Shown here: positions 9,066 to 16,977 of the stretch, in pieces | Layout: every line of letters begins with the position of its first letter | How positions within the stretch are numbered: the first letter of the stretch is position 1 | Assembly: GCA_963668675.2 (NCBI GenBank) | Contig: CAXXMB010000001.1 | Span: 224,001 to 288,000 of the forward strand | Length of the DNA stretch: 64,000 nt | Origin: an uncultured Desulfatitalea sp. | Lineage (GTDB): Bacteria > Desulfobacterota > Desulfobacteria > Desulfobacterales > Desulfosarcinaceae | Direction of reading: 5' to 3' | Notes under the pieces: model-generated | Told to the model about the DNA's origin: nothing | Seen by the model: only the letters and a program-made list of their open reading frames with translations | The model's database searches: none | Translations under genes and position numbers: made by a program

Positions 9066-11069
9066 TTAAAATTCTTCTATCTCGCATTCCAAGGGATCGT
9101 TCGCAAAACAGCCAAAACTTTCATTTGACAGGCACGATGCAAACCCAACATCATCTCCACTTAACAGATAGTCACCGCAGGTGTTGAAAGTACCTGGAAA
9201 GAACTTGTTAAATAGTTGCATGCTCAATGCCTCGCCAACGAGCTTATTCATGTCACACTCGTGGAGGAAGGAGCAGTCACAATAGGCTATGAATGACTTA
9301 TTTTCATATAACAGAGGCCCGCCGCCTCTGGGAATTGGGCCTGAATGGTACGACGGGTCGTAATTTTGACCTTTGTATACATTCAGGGCATGGTTGGTAA
9401 AGATGCGGTTTGGATCGGCGTTACCCTGTGCTCCTTGTTCGTTTACTATCAATATATCTAAAGGTTGTTTTGGCCTCATTCCGATTTTTTCGGTTTGAAT
9501 CCCCTGACAGGCCATGGTGGCATAGAAAAATTGCTGCCAGGCTTTGCATCGCCCGTGGCCATAATATAGCAAATCGCGTGTGGTATAGACCTCCGGTATG
9601 GTGTGTCTGTAAGACAGGATACCGCTACCTTCCGGAGCGGGGATGTCCCAGAAATTTGCCCATATGTTATTAAATGCCTCATCGCCGCCATTCGTACCAG
9701 CCGCCCATTTACAGCCGTTTTTGACAATGTAGATATATTTTTTATATTCCGTGCCCAGGATTTTATTGCCAGGGCCCGGGCCAATTATAAATATTTTGTG
9801 ACGGCTCACACCCGCTTCAATGTCTATCGTTTCTTTGTCCTGGGTTTCGTCTCGAACTTTCCATATCCATCTTACTTCATTGATTCCGATGGCATCCTGG
9901 GGTGCCTTTATTGTAAACTCCTCCTCAATCCTACCATTTTTCACATCTACTGTTTTTTCTTCAATACCGCCAAAACCGCCGTTGCCCTCTATTACCTCTT
10001 CTATAGCCCATACCTTGGCTTTTTCTAAACCTTTGTCGACCTTAAAAACAGCCTTTACCATAAACGTATTCCCCAGTATCAGGGCAGCCGGTTTGTTTTT
10101 TCCGCCTTCGGTCCATTCCGGTGAAGTGATATCGCTATCCGAGTGCAACTCGCTCAAAGTCAAAACGATCTCTTTTTCTTTATTTTCTCCGGTATTAAAT
10201 GCAACTGACTGGATATTGACTTGCGGGGGCAGTTGTTTGCCAAAAGCCCAATTTACACTATAGCTGACATCGCCATCCGAATCTTCTTCAGGGGAATAAG
10301 GAAAAATGGTATTGTCATCTTTCCGGCCTGTCAAAGCTGGATTCAATAGCCTGGCATCGGCTTTCCAGGTCTTACTTCCAGAAAGTTTACCATCGTCACC
10401 TATTTGGATTTTTTCTAGCTTCAAACAGCCCAACGAGATATCTTTCTCAATATCCTCATAATACCACTCCTTGTAACTTTCGCCGTCAGCATTGCAGCAT
10501 ATGATGCGATAATGTCTTTCTTTGCCTTTTGCATGCACTTTCTCTGCGGGCAATACGAACATATAGTTGTCATTCATCGCATCTTTGGCATCATCCGGAA
10601 TTGGAATTCCCATACCTTCCATGCCTTGTTGTTTGAGCCCTGTTTTGATCTGCTCGAGCATATATCCCAAATATTGGATAATAAGAGAACCTGGTTGCAT
10701 GTCGGTTTTAATTTTTACAGGTCCGGAGTATTCATATACAGAGATAAGTTCAGGTGCGCCTTCAGACGGCTTTTCGTCTATGATTTTGCTTGCGTAATTG
10801 ACGGAAGCCTTGGGATTCTGAAGCTTATAAGGAATAAAAACCGGCCGGGGTGACCCGAGTTGTTCGGTTGATGAAAATTGTTCATTGACAATTAAGGTGC
10901 CATTAAATTTAAATCTCATAAACCCCTCATGGCCGTCTTTGTCCCACTCTATATTTATTGTCACGCGGGAATCCAATTCCTCTTCTATGGAAGCCTCGGC
11001 CTGGTAAAAGGATGAAAACGAGATAAATACCAAAGATGCAGTTAATCGTGTGATCTTGGATGTTTTCAT
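9066..11069 (-). CDS. Secreted 667-aa protein with a C-terminal transglutaminase/papain-like domain
   Basis: Signal peptide (…YQAEA); GHGRCKAW ... FTNHALN ... NYDPSY gives the Cys-His-Asp order; Cys-rich tail; visibly AT-rich coding sequence. Confidence 0.65.
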   Translation of the reverse strand: MKTSKITRLTASLVFISFSSFYQAEASIEEELDSRVTINIEWDKDGHEGFMRFKFNGTLIVNEQFSSTEQLGSPRPVFIPYKLQNPKASVNYASKIIDEKPSEGAPELISVYEYSGPVKIKTDMQPGSLIIQYLGYMLEQIKTGLKQQGMEGMGIPIPDDAKDAMNDNYMFVLPAEKVHAKGKERHYRIICCNADGESYKEWYYEDIEKDISLGCLKLEKIQIGDDGKLSGSKTWKADARLLNPALTGRKDDNTIFPYSPEEDSDGDVSYSVNWAFGKQLPPQVNIQSVAFNTGENKEKEIVLTLSELHSDSDITSPEWTEGGKNKPAALILGNTFMVKAVFKVDKGLEKAKVWAIEEVIEGNGGFGGIEEKTVDVKNGRIEEEFTIKAPQDAIGINEVRWIWKVRDETQDKETIDIEAGVSRHKIFIIGPGPGNKILGTEYKKYIYIVKNGCKWAAGTNGGDEAFNNIWANFWDIPAPEGSGILSYRHTIPEVYTTRDLLYYGHGRCKAWQQFFYATMACQGIQTEKIGMRPKQPLDILIVNEQGAQGNADPNRIFTNHALNVYKGQNYDPSYHSGPIPRGGGPLLYENKSFIAYCDCSFLHECDMNKLVGEALSMQLFNKFFPGTFNTCGDYLLSGDDVGFASCLSNESFGCFANDPLECEIEEF

Positions 11070-11098
11070 ATAATTTGACTCCTTTTAAAAAACTGGCG

Positions 11099-11163
11099 AG
11101 GGTCGCATCTTAAGTGTTTGATTTTACTATTATTCAGATAGTTAATAGTTAAGGTGCGACCCT
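11099..11163. repeat. Short inverted repeat (15-bp arms, 1 mismatch) with AT-rich spacer
   Basis: agggtcgcatcttaa ... ttaaggtgcgaccct. Confidence 0.7.
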
Positions 11164-11565
11164 GGGTAAACAAGGTCGCCCCGTCCCCGTAGCGCCCTTT
11201 TAAAAGGCCAATTAAGAATATGGAAAAATATCGCATAATTTAGCTTTAGGTCTCAAATGCTAACATGCCAGGGTACATGGGCAAACCCGTAGATCTTAAC
11301 AAAGATGCACTAAAAGCTGGTTTTTGATTGTTTTTCCTTAAAGCCTACAAAATATATTTCAACAAGCCAATAACTTTAGGGCATCTCCGTAATCAGAAAA
11401 GCAAACAAACGCAGGCCTCCGCAATATTTACCCCATTGGAGGCAATTTAGTTGCACCGTACCTTCTGGATCTCTTCGCAATGTTGTTTGATAAATCCCGC
11501 CTATCCTTGTATGACAATACGATATAAGTCCTTTCAACCTTCAATAATAAATAGGAATCCTCATC

Positions 11566-14331
11566 ATGACGGCTAAAGGAATCCCCAAACGCGGTAAACG
11601 GGTACGGGGCATTACCCAACCCCTGCAATACAAGATCGACCTCATCTTACGCCTTGTCAGGAAAGTCATTCAAGAACAGGCCGGAGCCGAAACCGCTCAA
11701 CGAATAGAGGGCCTGCTGGATCTTTGCGAATCGGCATCCAAGTCGGATCGATGGCGCACCCACACCGATCTGGCATCGAGGATCGAGGATCTGGACCTGG
11801 AGCAGTTGGTGTGGATTTGTCGGGCCTTTACCACCTTTTTCCACTTGGTCAACGAAGCCGAACGTCAGGAAATCACCCGCATCAACCGTGAAGCTGAGAA
11901 GCTGGAAACACCCGATCGCCCGAGAAAAGATTCCATCCTGGAGGCGATTCATCAACTCAAGCAGCAAGGGGTCCCTGAGGGCGACATGCATGCCATGGTT
12001 CATGAACTGGACATCCAGCCGACCCTCACCGCCCACCCGACGGAGGTGCGCAGAACCACGATCCTGTTTAAACAGAACCGCATAGCCGATCTGCTCTCCA
12101 GGCTCTCCCAGAACCAGGAAATCTCCGACCGCGCCATCCAGCGCAACATCGACCGTATTGCCCATGAAGTGGCCCTTCTTCTGGTCACCGACGATGTGAG
12201 ATCCGACCGCCTTCGGGTGGAAGATGAAGTTAAAAACGGCATCTACTACCAGACCCACGCTATTTGGGATACCTTGCCGGGCATGGCGGGCGATCTGCAG
12301 GAGGCATTGACCACCTATTTCAATATTGCCGATCATGCCCCGCCTTTTCTGCGTTATCGATCCTGGATCGGGGGCGACCGGGACGGCAATCCTTTTGTCA
12401 CCCGCGAAGTTACCGCAAAGACGCTCGATGCCCATCGCAGAGGCGCATTGGACAACTATCGCGAAGCCCTGAATCTGTTGTGGCAGGAGTTGAGCATCTC
12501 CTCACTCCGCGTAGCCGTGCCCCATGCGTTGATGGAAAACATTCAAAAAGAGACCGAAGAGATCACCCTGGATGAAGATGAACTGTATCGCTACCGCTAT
12601 GAACCCTTCAGGGTCAAAATCGCCTGCATGCGTGAACGCCTCGATCGTTTTAAAGAAGATCCGGACGGCGATATCTACTCCATCACCCAGTTTCAGAGTG
12701 ATCTGAACCTGCTAAAAAACAGCCTTACCCACAGCGGGCTTTCGGCCCTCTCGGCTTACCGGAGCCTTTCCGATTTAATCATACGCAGCAAGGTGTTCGG
12801 TTTTCATCTGGCGGCACTGGACATCCGGCAGCACAGCCGCATTCACGAAGCCGTGGTCGGTGAGCTGTTGCAGCTTTCCGGCGTGACGGAGAGATACAAC
12901 GATCTCCAGGAGGATCAAAAGGTCGCCCTGTTGGAACAGGAATTGGCCAACCCGCGCCCACTCTATCGCAACCTGGAAGATCTTTCCGACCAGACCATCG
13001 AACTGCTCGACGTTTTCAAAATGATGCGACGGGTGATGCTCAAAGATGAAGATGCCATTGGCGCCTATATCATCAGCATGACCCACACGGTGAGCGATCT
13101 TCTGGAAGTGCTCCTGCTGGCCAAAGAGGTGGGCATGTGGCGAATGAAAGACGGCGTGGTCAAAACCGTCCTGGACGTGGTGCCCCTCTTTGAAACCATC
13201 GAGGACCTTGAGATGGCGGCGCCATTGATGGACGGCCTGTTCAAAGACAGCATCTACAAGCGCCATCTCAAAGCCCGCAACAATTTCCAGGAAATTATGC
13301 TGGGCTACTCGGACAGCAACAAGGATGGCGGTTTCTGGATGGCCAACAGGGCCTTGCAAAAAGGCCAGGAGAGGCTGTCCGAAGTGTGCCTGGAGAACAA
13401 CGTCACATTTCGATTTTTCCATGGACGCGGCGGCAGTGTCGGTCGCGGTGGCGGCCGGGCCAACCAGGCCATCTTCGCCATGCCCATCCAGAGCCGCAAC
13501 GGCCGCATGCGCTTTACCGAGCAGGGAGAGGTGATCTCCTTCCGCTATGCGCGTCCCTTTATCGCCCGACGCCATCTTGAGCAGATTGTCAATGCCGTAC
13601 TGCTCACCGCTTCGGACACCGATTGCGATATCGGCTGCAGCCCCCAGATGCAGGCCATGATGGAGCGTATCGCCAATAAATCCATGAAGGCGTATCGAAA
13701 ATTGATCGAAGACGGACAGCTGTGGCAGTGGTATAAGCAAATTACGCCGATCGAACACATCGGAAATCTGCCCATCGCTTCACGCCCGGTCTCAAGAGTA
13801 TCCGCGGAAGAGGTCCAATTTGACGATCTACGGGCGATTCCCTGGGTTTTTTCATGGACCCAGACCCGCTACAATCTGCCCGGATGGTATGGCGCAGGAA
13901 CCGCCATCGAAGAAGAGATTGAAAATGATCCTGAAACGCTATCCCTGATGCGGGAGATGTGGGAAAGCTGGCCTTTTTTCCGCACCGTAGTGGAAAACGT
14001 CCAACTGGAACTGGCCCGCACCCGCATGGAGATCGCACAGGCCTACAGCACCCTTTCGGAAAAGGGATTTCACGATGCCATCGCATCGGAATTCGAAAAG
14101 ACCAAAGCTGCAGTGCTTCAAATCACCGGCCAGGAACGCCTGTTGGACAACCACATGGCCATCCAGCAATCCATCGCCCTGCGTAATCCATACACCGATG
14201 TACTCAACCTTATTCAAATCGAACTGTTAAAACGTTGGGCCAATAGATCCGATAAGGAGTCACAGCCCCTGCGCCAAGCGATGTTCCTCAGCATTAATGG
14301 AATTGCCGCAGCCATGCAGAGTACAGGGTAA
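11566..14331 (+). CDS. ppc: Phosphoenolpyruvate carboxylase
   Basis: LTAHPTE, SWIGGDRDGNP, QEIMLGYSDSNKDGG, FHGRGGSVGRGGG, LRAIPWVFSWTQ, C-terminal GIAAAMQSTG. Confidence 0.97.
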   Translation: MTAKGIPKRGKRVRGITQPLQYKIDLILRLVRKVIQEQAGAETAQRIEGLLDLCESASKSDRWRTHTDLASRIEDLDLEQLVWICRAFTTFFHLVNEAERQEITRINREAEKLETPDRPRKDSILEAIHQLKQQGVPEGDMHAMVHELDIQPTLTAHPTEVRRTTILFKQNRIADLLSRLSQNQEISDRAIQRNIDRIAHEVALLLVTDDVRSDRLRVEDEVKNGIYYQTHAIWDTLPGMAGDLQEALTTYFNIADHAPPFLRYRSWIGGDRDGNPFVTREVTAKTLDAHRRGALDNYREALNLLWQELSISSLRVAVPHALMENIQKETEEITLDEDELYRYRYEPFRVKIACMRERLDRFKEDPDGDIYSITQFQSDLNLLKNSLTHSGLSALSAYRSLSDLIIRSKVFGFHLAALDIRQHSRIHEAVVGELLQLSGVTERYNDLQEDQKVALLEQELANPRPLYRNLEDLSDQTIELLDVFKMMRRVMLKDEDAIGAYIISMTHTVSDLLEVLLLAKEVGMWRMKDGVVKTVLDVVPLFETIEDLEMAAPLMDGLFKDSIYKRHLKARNNFQEIMLGYSDSNKDGGFWMANRALQKGQERLSEVCLENNVTFRFFHGRGGSVGRGGGRANQAIFAMPIQSRNGRMRFTEQGEVISFRYARPFIARRHLEQIVNAVLLTASDTDCDIGCSPQMQAMMERIANKSMKAYRKLIEDGQLWQWYKQITPIEHIGNLPIASRPVSRVSAEEVQFDDLRAIPWVFSWTQTRYNLPGWYGAGTAIEEEIENDPETLSLMREMWESWPFFRTVVENVQLELARTRMEIAQAYSTLSEKGFHDAIASEFEKTKAAVLQITGQERLLDNHMAIQQSIALRNPYTDVLNLIQIELLKRWANRSDKESQPLRQAMFLSINGIAAAMQSTG

Positions 14332-14922
14332 ATATACTTCATACTCCTTCTCAGATGGCAATAAGTTCCGTCCATCATTGCTCTGTTTCATATCTTCCCA
14401 AGGTTTTTGCAACATGCGGATTGTTAGCAAAAAAAGGCCGCGGGTAAAGGGTGTGCCCATAAAATGATGAATCTCTTTTGAGTCATAGTACCATATCATT
14501 CTCCATGAAGATTTGCCCACCTCAACTGGCACAATTCGGCTAATATCGCTGATTTTGGAACAGGGCGCCTTGAACGGCATCGCTCGTGATATCCTAAGCC
14601 GGTTGTTTGATTTCATGGTGCGTGATATTGCAGGCGCTGCTGTGCAAATTTACGATCTGCACAACAGCAGAGACGATCGGCGGGCCTATTGCCGAGAGAT
14701 CGCTATGGTCAGAGCCCAGGGAGATCGTAAGCAGTATGACCGGGGTAGGGAAACCTATGCCGGTTCACTCAATGGTGAGTATGAAATGAATCGATAGAAC
14801 ATATGCTGTGGTAATTTATAATATCGGCAACGGGGTAAAACCATAGAAAAATGAAACGTGTGCACTAATTCCGATGCCATTCTTGGCGTCGAACGTATTC
14901 AATCTACTTAAAAGGGGACAAT

Positions 14923-16734
14923 ATGGTTCAGCAATTAGCAGACAGACGGGATCAGGACTTTGTTATCTGGGAACAATTTGACAATGCAAAGCTTGTTGAG
15001 AACGAACATTACGCAGGGTTTGATAAGAAAACCTGTGAGATGATCATAACGGAAGGCCGCAAACTCGCCATTAAAGAGGTGCTGCCCACCATCCGTGAAG
15101 GTGACCTTGAAGGTGTTCAGTTGGACAACGGCGTGGTGACCACACCAAAATCGTTCAAAAGAGCGTTTGAGCTGTTGCGGGATAACGATTGGGGCAACCT
15201 TGTCGTGTCACCAGAGATGGGAGGTCAGGGCGCCCCTCATTTTGTAGGAACCACTGTTGACGAATATCTGCTTTCCAACTGGTCGCTAATCGCCTATCTG
15301 ACCACGGGTATCGGAACGGCCGGGATGATTCAAAGGTATGGCACGGAAGAGCAAATCGACAAATATGTCCCCAAACTGGTGACCTCGGAATGGGGCGGAA
15401 CCATGCTGCTGACGGAACCCGATGCCGGCTCTGACCTGGGGGCCATTGAGACTGTTGCCAAAAGAAATGATGACGGTACTTTCTCACTGTCCGGCGGTAA
15501 AATATTTATCACGGCCGGAGAACATGATCTGGCGGAGAATATCATCCATCCTGTGCTGGCCAGAATTGAAGGCGCACCGGCAGGCACCAAGGGTATCTCC
15601 ATATTTATTGTCCCGAAATTTCTGGTTAATGGCGACGGATCTATTGGCAAAAGGAATGACATCTGGTGCACCGGTGTGGAACATAAACACGGCATTCGGG
15701 CCAGTGCCACATGCAGCATGACCCTGGGTGCCAAAGGCGACTGCAAAGGCTACCTTCTGGGAGAAGAGAATCAAGGGCTTCCCATCATGTTCAACATGAT
15801 GAACGGCGCCAGAATGCATACCGGACTTCAGGCCTTGGCCTACGGATCGGCATGTTATCTCCTTGCGGTCAATTATGCCCGAGAGCGCATCCAGTCCAGA
15901 GAGCTCGGCCTACCGCACACGGCACCACCGGTAGCCATCATCAATCATCCGGATATCAGGCGCAACCTGCTGTGGATGAAATCCTATGTGTGTGGCCTGA
16001 GGAGCTTCTTTCAATACACCAATCTGTGTGCGGAAAAAGCAAAGCTGGCGGAATCGGAGGAGGAGCGGCAACTCAATTCAGATCTGTATGAGCTGCTGAC
16101 CCCCCTCATTAAAAGTTATACCGCCAATAGAAGTTATGAAGTCTGCGTGCAAGCCATGCAGGTCTATGGCGGTGCCGGGTATACGCAAGACTATCTGGTG
16201 GAGCAATTTGTCAGGGACTGTAAAATCGTCTCCATCTATGAGGGCACATGCGGCATACAGGCGGCGGATCTGCTTGGCAGAAAAATGCCCATGAACAAAG
16301 GCAGGGCCTTTATGGCGCTTATCAATGAAATGATGAATACGGTCAATGAAGCCAAAGAGATCGATGCGCTGAAAGCGCTGGCCGGTCAGGCTGAAAAGCA
16401 TGTGGCCAAATTGGGCGATGTTGCCATGACTGTCGGGTTGAGTGCCGCAGACCCCAAGATGTTCAAAACCGCGTTTGCGCACTCACTGCCCCTGTTGGAT
16501 GTTATCGGCGATACCCTCATGACCTGGATGCTGTTATGGCGTGCGGTTACAGCCACCAGGAAATTGGAGTCCAACCCAAAGAAGAAAGACATCACTTTCT
16601 ATAATGGGCAAATTACAACCGCCAGATTTTTTATCGAAACCGTTGTCCCGACCAGCATTGGTAAAATGATGGGAATAAAAAACATGAGCACGGCGGCCAT
16701 GGATATGGAAGCCGATGCATATGCGAGCCTTTAA
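14923..16734 (+). CDS. Acyl-CoA dehydrogenase (about 600-aa class)
   Basis: GTMLLTEPDAGSDLG, GGKIFITAG, GTKGISIFIVPK, QVYGGAGY, IYEGTCGIQA. Confidence 0.95.
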   Translation: MVQQLADRRDQDFVIWEQFDNAKLVENEHYAGFDKKTCEMIITEGRKLAIKEVLPTIREGDLEGVQLDNGVVTTPKSFKRAFELLRDNDWGNLVVSPEMGGQGAPHFVGTTVDEYLLSNWSLIAYLTTGIGTAGMIQRYGTEEQIDKYVPKLVTSEWGGTMLLTEPDAGSDLGAIETVAKRNDDGTFSLSGGKIFITAGEHDLAENIIHPVLARIEGAPAGTKGISIFIVPKFLVNGDGSIGKRNDIWCTGVEHKHGIRASATCSMTLGAKGDCKGYLLGEENQGLPIMFNMMNGARMHTGLQALAYGSACYLLAVNYARERIQSRELGLPHTAPPVAIINHPDIRRNLLWMKSYVCGLRSFFQYTNLCAEKAKLAESEEERQLNSDLYELLTPLIKSYTANRSYEVCVQAMQVYGGAGYTQDYLVEQFVRDCKIVSIYEGTCGIQAADLLGRKMPMNKGRAFMALINEMMNTVNEAKEIDALKALAGQAEKHVAKLGDVAMTVGLSAADPKMFKTAFAHSLPLLDVIGDTLMTWMLLWRAVTATRKLESNPKKKDITFYNGQITTARFFIETVVPTSIGKMMGIKNMSTAAMDMEADAYASL

Positions 16735-16789
16735 TTTATTGAGAATGGAGTCCATGAAATTAACCCGGCTGCTCATAATCACAACACAT

Positions 16790-16873
16790 GTCATATCGCG
16801 GAAAGCCGGGCACACAGTGAAGCCTTAGCGCTATCCAGTTGGTTCCTGGATCCCGGATCAAGCCCGGGATGAC
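16790..16873. repeat. GTCAT...ATGAC-bounded palindromic (REP-like) element between convergent genes
   Basis: gtcatatcgcggaaagccggg...ctggatcccggatcaagcccgggatgac; related copies at 19874 and 30110. Confidence 0.65.
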
Positions 16874-16977
16874 GAGGTTGGCCGTTTTAATTGCCGGTTT
16901 AATAATGAAACAATATCGGGTAATCATTTGGGGACTTGGCCAAGTCGGAAGATATGCGGTTAAGATGATCCAAACCG

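Noticed and set aside
14527..14542. TGGCAC...GGCT as a sigma-54 site
   Set aside because: GG-to-GC spacing is one base short of the required -24/-12 distance
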